DNA from: Bacteroidales bacterium
GTDB lineage: Bacteria; Bacteroidota; Bacteroidia; Bacteroidales; VadinHA17
Reading direction: 5' to 3'
Assembly (NCBI GenBank): GCA_963662685.1
Contig: OY759745.1
Coordinates: 2,309,799-2,373,798 of the forward strand
DNA: 64,000 nt
The first letter of the stretch is position 1. Each line of letters starts with the position of its first letter. This document shows, one piece after another, positions 10,481 through 19,819 of the stretch. A program made the position numbers and the translations under genes. The notes under the pieces were generated by a model. That model searched no databases and had not been told where the DNA came from. It saw only the letters and a list, made by a program, of their open reading frames with translations.

Positions 10481-12592
10481 ATGAATAAAAATCTATTAAT
10501 ATTTTTAGCTATGATCTTGATGGGTTCTTGTGGTACAGCAACTGAAAAACTCGACTATCCGGTAACAAGGAGAGGAGACCTTGTTGACACGATTTTCGGT
10601 ATTCCCGTTCCTGATCCATACAGATGGCTTGAGGATGATATGTCGGCAGAGACAGCCGAATGGGTAAAAGATCAGAATAATGTAACTTTTGGGTATCTCG
10701 GGGAAATTCCGTACCGCGAAGAAATATTGAAAGGCCTGACGGAATTATACAACTATGAGAAGTTTGGAATGCCCTTTAAAAGGGGTGATTATACATACTT
10801 CGCAAAAAATGATGGTTTGCAGAACCAATATGTATATTATCGTCAAAAAGATGGAGAAGATACTGAACTCTTCCTTGATCCCAACACCTTCTCCCCAGAT
10901 GGTACGACCTCTCTGGGAGAGATGGGATTCTCCAGGGATGGAAGCATGTTCGCATATTCTATTTCAGAGGGAGGATCGGACTGGAGAAAAATAATAGTGA
11001 TGGATGCTATTACCAAAGAGGTACTGGGGGATACTATCAAAGATGCAAAGTTTACCTCAATATCATGGCTGGGAAACGATGGCTTCTTTTACTCAAGCTA
11101 CGATAAACCTGACGGGAGTCAGCTTTCGGCGATGACCGACAGGCATAAACTCTATTTTCATCAAATAGGTACACCCCAGTCGGCAGATAAGGTAATCTTT
11201 GGAAACGGTGAGGCCCGCCGTTATGTTGATGGTTATGTTACCGAGGATCAAAGATTTCTTGTTATTACCGCAGCTATATCGACTACAGGTAATGAACTTT
11301 ATATAAAAGACCTGTCAAAGGAATCAAATCCGATAAAAACTGTCGTTGACAATTTTGGCAGTGATAGTTACGTCATAGATAATGAAGGTTCCGAGCTTTT
11401 TATACAGACAAATTATCAGGCACCAAACATAAGGGTCGTTAAGGTTAACGCATCATCACCCGGAATGGAAAACTGGACCGATCTGATACCTGAAACCGAA
11501 AATGTACTTCAACCTTCTGCAGGTGCGGGTTATCTGTTCGCCAACTATCTTGTTGACGCTATTTCCAGTGTTAAGCAATACGATACTGACGGAAATTTTG
11601 TCAGGGAGATAGCGTTGCCTGGGCCGGGATCAGCCGCTGGCTTCAGCGGAAGAATGGTTGACGATGAATTATATTACTCCTTTACTAATTATATAACGCC
11701 GGGATCGATATACAGGTTTGATCCAGCGACAGGTGATGCGGAGCTTTATAAGAAGCCTGATATAAACTTTAGCAGCGACGATTACCTCTCGGAACAGATT
11801 TTTTATTCGTCAAAAGATGGCACCAGGGTTCCTATGATCATTACCTATAAAAAGGGTACAAAACTTAACGGGAAAAACCCGACGATTCTTTATGGTTACG
11901 GTGGGTTTAATATCAGTGAAACTCCGGCTTTCAGTACTACAGCAGCATGGTGGATGAGGAACGGCGGTATTTATGCCGTGGCCAACATCAGGGGAGGTGG
12001 AGAGTATGGTGAAGCGTGGCATCTGGCGGGGACAAAGATGAACAAGCAGAATGTCTTTGACGATTTTATTGCCGCCGCGGAATATTTGATCGACAATAAT
12101 TATTCTTCAGCGGATTACCTGGCGATCAGGGGAGGGTCCAACGGTGGATTGCTTGTAGGCGCCGTGGCTAACCAGCGTCCCGGGCTTTTTAAGGTTGCCC
12201 TGCCAGCTGTAGGTGTGATGGATATGCTTCGCTATCATAAGTTTACCGCTGGTGCGGGATGGGCATACGACTATGGGACCGCGGACGACAGTAAGGAGAT
12301 GCTGGAATATCTTCTGGGTTATTCTCCGGTACATAATGTAAGGGAAGGCGTAAATTATCCGGCTACGCTGGTTACAACAGGTGACCACGACGACAGGGTG
12401 GTGCCGGCTCACTCGTTCAAATATATAGCAAACCTGCAACTCAAACAGTCGGGTCCTAATCCTGTATTGATTCGTATTGAGACCAATGCGGGACATGGTG
12501 CGGGAACACCGGTAAGTAAAGCACTCGAACAATACGCCGATATCTATGGATTTACTCTATGGAACATGGGAATAAAGAGGCTTCAGGAATAA
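10481..12592 (+). CDS. Prolyl oligopeptidase (S9A serine endopeptidase), lipoprotein/secreted
   Basis: The N-terminus contains DPYRWLED and a beta-propeller region follows. Catalytic GGSNGGLL is present, and D and H sit in the C-terminal GDHDDRV...NAGHG segment. Confidence 0.92.
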   Translation: MNKNLLIFLAMILMGSCGTATEKLDYPVTRRGDLVDTIFGIPVPDPYRWLEDDMSAETAEWVKDQNNVTFGYLGEIPYREEILKGLTELYNYEKFGMPFKRGDYTYFAKNDGLQNQYVYYRQKDGEDTELFLDPNTFSPDGTTSLGEMGFSRDGSMFAYSISEGGSDWRKIIVMDAITKEVLGDTIKDAKFTSISWLGNDGFFYSSYDKPDGSQLSAMTDRHKLYFHQIGTPQSADKVIFGNGEARRYVDGYVTEDQRFLVITAAISTTGNELYIKDLSKESNPIKTVVDNFGSDSYVIDNEGSELFIQTNYQAPNIRVVKVNASSPGMENWTDLIPETENVLQPSAGAGYLFANYLVDAISSVKQYDTDGNFVREIALPGPGSAAGFSGRMVDDELYYSFTNYITPGSIYRFDPATGDAELYKKPDINFSSDDYLSEQIFYSSKDGTRVPMIITYKKGTKLNGKNPTILYGYGGFNISETPAFSTTAAWWMRNGGIYAVANIRGGGEYGEAWHLAGTKMNKQNVFDDFIAAAEYLIDNNYSSADYLAIRGGSNGGLLVGAVANQRPGLFKVALPAVGVMDMLRYHKFTAGAGWAYDYGTADDSKEMLEYLLGYSPVHNVREGVNYPATLVTTGDHDDRVVPAHSFKYIANLQLKQSGPNPVLIRIETNAGHGAGTPVSKALEQYADIYGFTLWNMGIKRLQE

Positions 12593-12613
12593 TAATTTTA
12601 AAGTGAATTAGTT

Positions 12614-13369
12614 ATGGGTGATATACAAGATATTCTTAGAAACAGAAGAAGTATCAGATCTTATACCGATAAACCGGTAGGTGATGATCTGCTGAACGAT
12701 ATTCTGGAGATGGGTTGCAGGGCGTCAACAACAGGTAACATGCAGGCTTATAGTATCGTGGTGACAAGAGACGGGGATAAGAAAAAAGAACTTTCTCCGT
12801 GTCACTTTAATCAACCTATGATTGTAGGGGCTCCTGTTGTGCTGACTTTTTGCGCGGATTTTAACCGGGTCAACAAATGGTGCGCCGGGCGGGAGGCTGA
12901 ACCAGGATTTGATAACTTCCTCTCTTTTTTTACCGCGGCGATCGATGCGCTATTGGTGGCCCAAACAGTTTGCGTGGCAGCTGAATCTTTTGGTTTGGGA
13001 ATCTGTTATCTTGGTACAACTACCTATACTGCCGGTAAGATAATTGATATTCTTAAACTTCCCCGCGGGGTGGTTCCTGTAACGACCGTGACATTAGGGT
13101 GGCCGGCGGAAGATCCTGAACAGGTAGACAGATTACCATTGGAGGCTGTTGTTCACCGTGAAGAGTATGCAGATTATTCCGCTGAAATGATAGATACTTT
13201 TTATAAAGATAAAGAGGCCAGAAACGATTCAAGAATGTTTATTGAAGAAAACAACAAGAAAACACTGGCACAGGTATTTACGGATGTCAGGTACAAGAAA
13301 AGCGACAATGAACATTTTTCTGAAGTGTTGCTTGATGTTCTCAGGAACCAGGGTTTTCTTGACGACTGA
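12614..13369 (+). CDS. Nitroreductase-family NAD(P)H oxidoreductase (NfsA-like)
   Basis: RRSIRSYTDKP start motif. Length and layout are typical of NfsA-type nitroreductases. It lies 21 nt after the preceding gene, so it is probably co-transcribed. Confidence 0.8.
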   Translation: MGDIQDILRNRRSIRSYTDKPVGDDLLNDILEMGCRASTTGNMQAYSIVVTRDGDKKKELSPCHFNQPMIVGAPVVLTFCADFNRVNKWCAGREAEPGFDNFLSFFTAAIDALLVAQTVCVAAESFGLGICYLGTTTYTAGKIIDILKLPRGVVPVTTVTLGWPAEDPEQVDRLPLEAVVHREEYADYSAEMIDTFYKDKEARNDSRMFIEENNKKTLAQVFTDVRYKKSDNEHFSEVLLDVLRNQGFLDD

Positions 13370-13465
13370 ATACCGGGGGGCTGATTATCAGGCAAGAGCT
13401 GAGAAGGTATAGCCACACTGAGCCCTGTTTTGTTCATAAGTCAATTGGAATTAAATTATATTGTT

Positions 13466-13882
13466 ATGAAATCGTATAGAAAAGAACTCTATTTTAATAC
13501 ATCTACACGCAGGGCGTTTATAAATATTACGGGTCAGGTCGATGATGCGCTTCTGGAAAGCGGAATAAAAGAAGGTCTTTGTCTGGTTAACGCCATGCAT
13601 ATCTCGGCCAGCGTTTTTATAAATGACGATGAATCGGGTCTGCACCACGATTTCGAGGTTTGGCTGGAAAAACTTGCTCCTGAAAAGCCATATTCACAGT
13701 ATAAACACAATGGTTTTGAGGACAATGCGGACGCTCATATAAAACGTACCCTGATGGGAAGGGAAGTGGTTGTAGCTATTACCAACGGAAAACTGGACTT
13801 AGGGCCGTGGGAACAGATATTTTATGGTGAGTTTGACGGCAAAAGAAGTAAGAGGGTACTTATAAAAATTATAGGCGATTAA
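13466..13882 (+). CDS. yjbQ: YjbQ/UPF0047 family protein (secondary thiamine-phosphate synthase)
   Basis: The protein starts [12 protein letters not shown] and contains [56 protein letters not shown]. The start was moved to the internal ATG at 13466. Confidence 0.8.
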   Translation: MKSYRKELYFNTSTRRAFINITGQVDDALLESGIKEGLCLVNAMHISASVFINDDESGLHHDFEVWLEKLAPEKPYSQYKHNGFEDNADAHIKRTLMGREVVVAITNGKLDLGPWEQIFYGEFDGKRSKRVLIKIIGD

Positions 13883-15308
13883 CGTCGTCACCCGTGAACC
13901 ATTCTTCCGGAAAGTTAACCAGGTATATTTTTCCGGTTGCTCTTGTAAGTGCTGTGTAGAACCATCTCAGATAATCCATGGAAATCTCTCTCTTACTGAA
14001 AAAACCCTGGTCTATAAAGACCCTTTCCCACTGTCCACCCTGGGATTTGTGGCATGTCACGGCATATGCGAACTTAATCTGGAGAGCATTATAATATGGA
14101 TCTGTTTTAATTGCTTCATATTTCTTTTTCTTTGTTTTTATACCAATGTAATCGGCCTCAACGCTGAAATAAAATTCCCTGGCTTTGTCGGACGGTAAAG
14201 CCGGAGAATCAAGATGCAATACGTCAAGCATAACCTTGGATTCCACTAAAAGATCATAATCGGTGAAATAAAGTTCCATGGTGGCGAACCTCATTCCGTA
14301 ACGCTCCTCGTACCTCCTGATCCTTTTTATTTCAGCTATGTCGCCGTTTGCTATGAAGCCAGGGCCGCTTTCATCCTCTTCATCGATCAAAAAATAATTA
14401 TTTTTTACAACCATGACAATATCACCGGTAGAGATCTCTTCCTCCCTGAAGAATATTGAATTTCTTATTCCCTGGTTATACCGGTTCGCCAGCTTATTGG
14501 AACTGACCACAATGGCCGTACCGTCAGTACCGCATGAAGAATAGGCTGAGGAGAGTTCATCCAGCAGCTCATTGCCCTGAAGTCTTATAATATCGTTATA
14601 CCCGTTACTATCAATTTTTGGCGTTGACATATCTTTTCCGGCTATCTGTACCCTAACCCCAGTGGCGTTCATCAATATGCCCGAATCCTTGCTCTGCCTG
14701 ACAACCTGGCGTAGTTGTACGGACTCGACAAAAAAACCGAAGCCGCCTAATGTTGATATATCAAGAGCCGGGCTTATTTCGGACCCGACAGGAGGTAACT
14801 GGGCGGTATCGCCTACAAGTATCAATTTGCACTCTTTACCCATATATACATACTCAACAAGATCCTCTAACAAACGGCCACTGCCAAATATCGCGTTTTC
14901 AGGGGAACTGTTCGCGATCATTGAAGCCTCGTCTACAATAAACCATGTGTTCTGGTTCATGTTTCTGTCGAGTACGAACTGCCCCTCTCCATCTTTATAG
15001 GTTTTTTGCCGGTAGATTTTTTTATGTATTGTATAAGCTTTTTTGCCTGAGTATGAGGAGAGCACTTTTGCCGCTCTTCCGGTAGGCGCCAGCAGAACCG
15101 ATTTCATTCGTAAGACTTCAAGACTTTTAACAAGTGAAGAGATTATACTGGTCTTTCCGGTTCCGGCGTAACCCGTTATCAATAGAATGGTGTCATTAGA
15201 GTTTTTCTGTATGACAGATGATAGTTTTTGTAAAACGTTTGACTGATCTTCCGTAGGGGGATAACCCAGATTATCGGCTAGAAGTTTATGTATAGGGTTG
15301 ATTGTCAA
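13869..15308 (-). CDS. RecD/Pif1-like SF1 DNA helicase (AAA_30/UvrD_C_2 type)
   Basis: Walker [10 protein letters not shown], Walker [20 protein letters not shown] and [12 protein letters not shown]. The only in-frame start is the TTG at 15308. The 3' end overlaps yjbQ by 14 nt in convergent orientation. Confidence 0.85.
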   Translation of the reverse strand: MTINPIHKLLADNLGYPPTEDQSNVLQKLSSVIQKNSNDTILLITGYAGTGKTSIISSLVKSLEVLRMKSVLLAPTGRAAKVLSSYSGKKAYTIHKKIYRQKTYKDGEGQFVLDRNMNQNTWFIVDEASMIANSSPENAIFGSGRLLEDLVEYVYMGKECKLILVGDTAQLPPVGSEISPALDISTLGGFGFFVESVQLRQVVRQSKDSGILMNATGVRVQIAGKDMSTPKIDSNGYNDIIRLQGNELLDELSSAYSSCGTDGTAIVVSSNKLANRYNQGIRNSIFFREEEISTGDIVMVVKNNYFLIDEEDESGPGFIANGDIAEIKRIRRYEERYGMRFATMELYFTDYDLLVESKVMLDVLHLDSPALPSDKAREFYFSVEADYIGIKTKKKKYEAIKTDPYYNALQIKFAYAVTCHKSQGGQWERVFIDQGFFSKREISMDYLRWFYTALTRATGKIYLVNFPEEWFTGDDVNRL

Positions 15309-15474
15309 TCTGATTATAAAAAATACCTGCTAATCTAAAGAAGATTCGATGTATATAAAGGATCAAAAGTACTTGTAAACGCATTCTTAAACAAATATGC
15401 ATCCAACAAACATCGATTTTCATCCTTCAAGTCTTTTTGTTATGTCTAAATAGTGCAATTAGTAATTCAGTTTT

Positions 15475-15482
15475 TATATTTG
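15475..15482 (+). promoter_or_regulatory. -7 promoter box TATATTTG upstream of the 15501 gene
   Basis: Exact TAnnTTTG, 18 nt upstream of the ATG. Confidence 0.45.
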
Positions 15483-15500
15483 CGTTATTATAATTAAGAG

Positions 15501-16343
15501 ATGCCTTTTTTTGAGCTATTCGACGAGACATTGGACATAAACGCCACTGGAAATTATTCTCTATTGATGCAAATGGACAAAGATGAGCTTTCATTCGCTA
15601 TAATAGATAATTTAAGGGCAAAATATATTCTGTTGAGGTCGTATGTGCCTGATAACGGGGACATATTTTCTATTGGAGAGATAAAGGATATTCTTCTTGA
15701 AGATGATTTTCTTGGGAAGAGATACAGATCAGTGAAGATTTGTCTTTCATCTTTAAAGTACTCACTTGTTCCCTCGCCTATAATGGATCCGGCCAAAAAA
15801 GAGTCGCTTTTAGGCCTTAGTCATGACCTGTGTGAGGAAGAGGTCGTGTCGATTAACAGGCTTGATAATCCCGATGCCTATCTTCTTTTTGCTGTTGATC
15901 GTGAAACTGCCGGACTTTCGGATATACTGACTCCGGGACAGCCGCCTGTTCATTATATCAAACCATTTATCGCCAATGCTCTTGTTTATGCGAAAAGAAA
16001 ATCATATGATTCTGTTTTTCTTTTTGTGGGTCAAGGTGTTGTCACTATTGCGGTAGTTTCTAATGATATATTGAAATTTTGTAATAGCTATGTGTTTAAG
16101 AACGCTCATGATATACTTTACTATCTTCTAAAAGTATACAAGGCCCTTGGGCTTTCAAATGGTATCCCGGTATATTGCTCCGGTAAAATCAGCCAGAATG
16201 ACGAAATTTTTGTCTTTCTCTCCGAATATATAAAAGAAGTGCTGTTTATAAATCCTGTTGGTAATTTTTCTTTCAGTTACGTATTTGATGAGGATATGCT
16301 TCACAGATATATTAATCTTTTTTCCCTGATAAGTTGCGAATAA
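15501..16343 (+). CDS. Hypothetical protein, DUF3822-like by recollection of its usual pairing with rsmD in Bacteroidota
   Basis: 280-aa ORF with no overlapping alternative and its own promoter box. It overlaps the rsmD start by 10 nt. The family name is from memory only. Confidence 0.6.
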   Translation: MPFFELFDETLDINATGNYSLLMQMDKDELSFAIIDNLRAKYILLRSYVPDNGDIFSIGEIKDILLEDDFLGKRYRSVKICLSSLKYSLVPSPIMDPAKKESLLGLSHDLCEEEVVSINRLDNPDAYLLFAVDRETAGLSDILTPGQPPVHYIKPFIANALVYAKRKSYDSVFLFVGQGVVTIAVVSNDILKFCNSYVFKNAHDILYYLLKVYKALGLSNGIPVYCSGKISQNDEIFVFLSEYIKEVLFINPVGNFSFSYVFDEDMLHRYINLFSLISCE

Positions 16344-16870
16344 TTGGAGGTAAATACAGGGGAAGGAGGGTTGAACCTCCGGCAGGTTTAAGGGCAAGGC
16401 CAACGACTGATTTCGCAAGGGAAGGTCTGTTCAATATTTTGTGTAACAGATTTGATTTTAGCGATATTATGGTTCTGGATCTTTTTGCCGGTACGGGAGC
16501 AATAAGCTTTGAATTCAGTTCCAGGGGGGCTAAAGAGGTACACCTTGTTGAAAAGGATATCAGACATATTAACGGTATCCGTAAAATGATAGATGACATC
16601 GGGTTTGAAAACATCAGGCCAATTCATATTGATGTGTCGGCTTACCTTAAGGCGTGCAATATAGAATATGACTTTGTCTTCGCCGATCCTCCTTATGATT
16701 TGAAGTGGTTCTCGGAGATACCGGGAATGGTGCTTAACTCAGGAATAATCAGAAAGAGAGGATTATTTGTTCTGGAACATCCAAAGGAGATGAACTTCTC
16801 TGATGTTGAGTTTTTCATGGAGCGAAGAAACTATGGAGGAGTTAACTTTTCATTCTTTATTAAGGAATAA
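16334..16870 (+). CDS. rsmD: 16S rRNA (guanine966-N2)-methyltransferase RsmD
   Basis: RIIGGKYRGRRV..P.GLRARPTTD.AREGLFNIL plus the DLFAGTGA SAM motif and DPPY. It starts at a TTG that overlaps the upstream ORF. Confidence 0.9.
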   Translation: MRIIGGKYRGRRVEPPAGLRARPTTDFAREGLFNILCNRFDFSDIMVLDLFAGTGAISFEFSSRGAKEVHLVEKDIRHINGIRKMIDDIGFENIRPIHIDVSAYLKACNIEYDFVFADPPYDLKWFSEIPGMVLNSGIIRKRGLFVLEHPKEMNFSDVEFFMERRNYGGVNFSFFIKE

Positions 16871-16885
16871 TTCATCCTTTTTTAG

Positions 16886-16920
16886 TGTCTTCTTTATTTA
16901 GGAAGACAACAGTTTTTTTT
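16886..16920 (+). terminator. Intrinsic terminator after rsmD
   Basis: TGTCTTCtttatttagGAAGACA (7-bp stem) followed by acagtttttttt. Confidence 0.65.
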
Positions 16921-16955
16921 ATCGGCCTCTTTTTATATTTTTGCTACACCTCATT

Positions 16956-19541
16956 ATGAGCCGCATTATGACAAGGTATACGATTTTATTGGTTGTGTTG
17001 TTGTGTTTGACTTGCTTTCAGCTTGTTGTAGGACAGACACGAAGGGTGGTTCATTTGAATGAGGATTTTGGTTACGATGAGAATATATATTTAATATCCG
17101 ATTTCTCCGGATATTTTTCGGATACCCCTGAACAACTCTCTTTGGCTACGTTGTTGACAAGAAATGTTGATGGGTTTATCTTTGATACCAGAATTGATCC
17201 TGAAAACAATATCTTTATCATTAATAAAAAAAGTGATAACACGATTTCTTTATCTGACGCTTTCGATGAAATAGGAAATTACCTGAAACGTGACTCATCA
17301 AAAATCCTCACAATACTTATTGATTATAATTCAGATTTTCAAAGTCTCGAAGCTGTTATTGAAAGTTCGGGACTTAAACCATATGTATATGAATATACCA
17401 AAGGCACGGATTGGCCATTAGTTTCCCAAATGGTTGATTCCGGAAAACAACTGGTGATTTTCTTGTTAAACAACAGGGAAGATGTTCCGTCATGGATCAA
17501 CAACCTTAATGATTATGCGGTTTGGCAGTCAGACCCCTATATCCAGGTTCCTTCAAACGTAAGTGAAATTCAGGATGAGGGGGAAGAAAAGGGTCTTTTT
17601 GTATTCAATACTTATTCCGATATTGAAGAGAGGTGGAACAGGGAGAGTAGCGTTAATAACATAAGACTGCCATTTTTTATTGAGCCTTTCAAGGAAGCCT
17701 GGATAAGGAACGGCATGATTCCGAATTTTCTTATTATCGAGAATTGGAATTACAGGGTCAACGAGTTTTTAGCTACCGTGCGGGATTTTTCATTGGTTAA
17801 AGGTTCGGTAACTTATAACAACGAATTATTGGACGATCTCTACTGGCTTGGACTTAACAGTTTTACATACGGTGACTTTTGTTTTCCTTTGATGACAGGG
17901 GAGAAGCTGACGCTTACCCCAACAAGCCCGGGCTATAGAATTACTCCGGAAAGTGTCACAGTTGGGGAAGGAACAGAATTGTCGCCGGACTTTAAAGCGG
18001 TTCCTTTAAATATAACCGATAATCTGGAACTGTTTCTGCGACTGGATGACAACACTGACAATTATGACCCTAAAGTATACAGGGGGGAGGATGAGAACGT
18101 CACTTTCATTAACGACCCCAACAGGGGTAAGGTTGCCTCTTTTGGGGATAACAGTATTATTGTATTGCCTACATCCAGTGATTTAAATCTTACTGATCAC
18201 GATTTTACTATATCCGTATGGGTTAAGATATCCAGATTTTCTCCTGGAAAATCTGATTATTGTATAATAGGTTCCGCTGTTCCTGATAGTTATGCGTATC
18301 TACAGGAGATGCATCTGCTCGTCAGAAACAGGATACCCTATTTCGGTTTTTTTGCCAACGATATTACGGGAAAGACAGTTATTGAAGCTGGAAGATGGTA
18401 CAATATTACATGCCGTTATAACAGTGCGAACGGAGAGCAGGCTATTTTTGTTAATGGCAAGCTTGATTCGAGATCTTATTACAGACCTTCATATAAAGGA
18501 ACAGACAGTCTGTTTGTTGGTGTTTTTGGCTTAAGAAACGATACTTATATGCATGGAGAGATGGATAATCTCTCGATATGGTCCAGAGCTTTAGGAGATA
18601 AAGAGATTCTTGGTTTGAGTAATGGATTAATCTCAATCGATACTTACCATAAGGCCTTTGATATAAAAGATTTGTTTTATATAGCTGGAGGGCTAATATT
18701 GGTTTTATCTTTGATTTTCACAGTACTTTACATAAGTAGCCGTAAATCCGGAGGAAAGAAGCAGATATCGGTCATACAGAAAGACACCCAGCCTCTCTCA
18801 AGACATAAGAATTATATCAGGTTTTTTGGAGACTTCCTGGTTTTGGATCGGGAGGGTAATGATATAACATCCAGATTTTCACCAAAAGTAAAGCAGTTGT
18901 TTATGGCTATTTTAGTCAATTCTGGATACGAAAATTCCGGTATAACCAGTGCCGATCTTACAAAACAATTATGGGGACAGGATTTGTCCAAGAATTTGGA
19001 TAATGTCAGAGGAGTAACTACCAGAAAACTTCGCGGAATACTTGAGGATCTGGATAAGGTTGAGATTGTCTTTCATAACGACAGATGGTTTGCTAAGATA
19101 TATGAGCCGGTATACTGCGACTATTGTGAATGCCTTGATATTGTTCATAATGGAAAGGCATATGATAGTAGATATTTTAATAGGTTTCTACGGATAGTAC
19201 AGGAAGGAGAACTCTTTAAAAATGAATCCTTTGAGTGGTTGGACTCGACTAAAGGGTTTATTAATAATAGTATAGTTGACGTCCTTTCGCGTTATCTTGG
19301 GGAAAATGAGATCGGTAAAGATTTGAGGATCAGGATAGCAGATATTATTCTTACTAATGATCCGGTGAATGATGCCGCTATGACGTATAAAATAAAAGGA
19401 ATGGTAGATATGAATAACCATAAACTTGCCAGATACAGTTTCGAGCAGTTCTGCTCACTTTACCATAAGATGTATGGAGAGAAATACCCTAAATCTTTTG
19501 AGCAGTTCACATCTGTTACTCCAAACGGTAATCATACATAG
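16956..19541 (+). CDS. Single-pass membrane protein: exported N-terminal region plus LamG (concanavalin-A-like) domain, TM helix, and cytoplasmic SARP/OmpR-like winged-helix DNA-binding domain
   Basis: - Signal peptide: TILLVVLLCLTCFQLVVGQ.
- LamG_3-type block: DHDFTISVWVK...GRWYNITCRYNSANGEQAIFVNGKL...HGEMDNLSIWSRALGDKEI, about 18020-18610.
- TM helix FYIAGGLILVLSLIFTVLYI followed by RKSGGKK, about 18675-18760.
- Winged-helix signature IRFFGDFLVLDREGNDIT..F.PK.KQLF..IL......GITS.DL...LWGQD....L.N.RGV...KLR..LEDL, about 18800-19080.
- The start is ambiguous among TTG 16941, ATG 16956 and ATG 16968. Confidence 0.75.
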   Translation: MSRIMTRYTILLVVLLCLTCFQLVVGQTRRVVHLNEDFGYDENIYLISDFSGYFSDTPEQLSLATLLTRNVDGFIFDTRIDPENNIFIINKKSDNTISLSDAFDEIGNYLKRDSSKILTILIDYNSDFQSLEAVIESSGLKPYVYEYTKGTDWPLVSQMVDSGKQLVIFLLNNREDVPSWINNLNDYAVWQSDPYIQVPSNVSEIQDEGEEKGLFVFNTYSDIEERWNRESSVNNIRLPFFIEPFKEAWIRNGMIPNFLIIENWNYRVNEFLATVRDFSLVKGSVTYNNELLDDLYWLGLNSFTYGDFCFPLMTGEKLTLTPTSPGYRITPESVTVGEGTELSPDFKAVPLNITDNLELFLRLDDNTDNYDPKVYRGEDENVTFINDPNRGKVASFGDNSIIVLPTSSDLNLTDHDFTISVWVKISRFSPGKSDYCIIGSAVPDSYAYLQEMHLLVRNRIPYFGFFANDITGKTVIEAGRWYNITCRYNSANGEQAIFVNGKLDSRSYYRPSYKGTDSLFVGVFGLRNDTYMHGEMDNLSIWSRALGDKEILGLSNGLISIDTYHKAFDIKDLFYIAGGLILVLSLIFTVLYISSRKSGGKKQISVIQKDTQPLSRHKNYIRFFGDFLVLDREGNDITSRFSPKVKQLFMAILVNSGYENSGITSADLTKQLWGQDLSKNLDNVRGVTTRKLRGILEDLDKVEIVFHNDRWFAKIYEPVYCDYCECLDIVHNGKAYDSRYFNRFLRIVQEGELFKNESFEWLDSTKGFINNSIVDVLSRYLGENEIGKDLRIRIADIILTNDPVNDAAMTYKIKGMVDMNNHKLARYSFEQFCSLYHKMYGEKYPKSFEQFTSVTPNGNHT

Positions 19542-19669
19542 GTGTAATCTTGTTTTATATCTGAACCATATTTTTCAATAAATGGAAAATTTATTGTTAA
19601 AAAATGTTTAATATTTATATGTCTGACATGTAGCGTATTGACTGTAATGGTTGTGTGTCGCAGACATGA

Positions 19670-19702
19670 AATTAATTCAGAATTAATTCAAAATTAATTC
19701 GA
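19670..19702 (+). promoter_or_regulatory. Three tandem 11-bp direct repeats (AATTAATTCAG / AATTAATTCAA / AATTAATTCGA), a candidate activator binding array
   Basis: Read directly from the sequence: a 9-nt core AATTAATTC repeated three times at exact 11-bp phase. The array ends 8 nt upstream of a near-consensus -7 box, TATATTTA at 19711-19718. It lies 118 nt upstream of the ATG at 19820. Confidence 0.5.
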
Positions 19703-19819
19703 CGTTTACCTATATTTAATTATAAATTATGGGTTTTGCGCTACATTAGAAAATGTTTTGGAATCCGAATAACTTTAATTTATTTTTCGTACAACAACTA
19801 ACTAATATCAATTAAAGAA

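Noticed and set aside
19619-19667. 7-bp inverted repeat ATGTCTG...CAGACAT upstream of the 11-bp repeat array
   Set aside because: The stem is short, the loop is 35 nt, and no T-run follows. It is indistinguishable from chance in AT-rich intergenic DNA.
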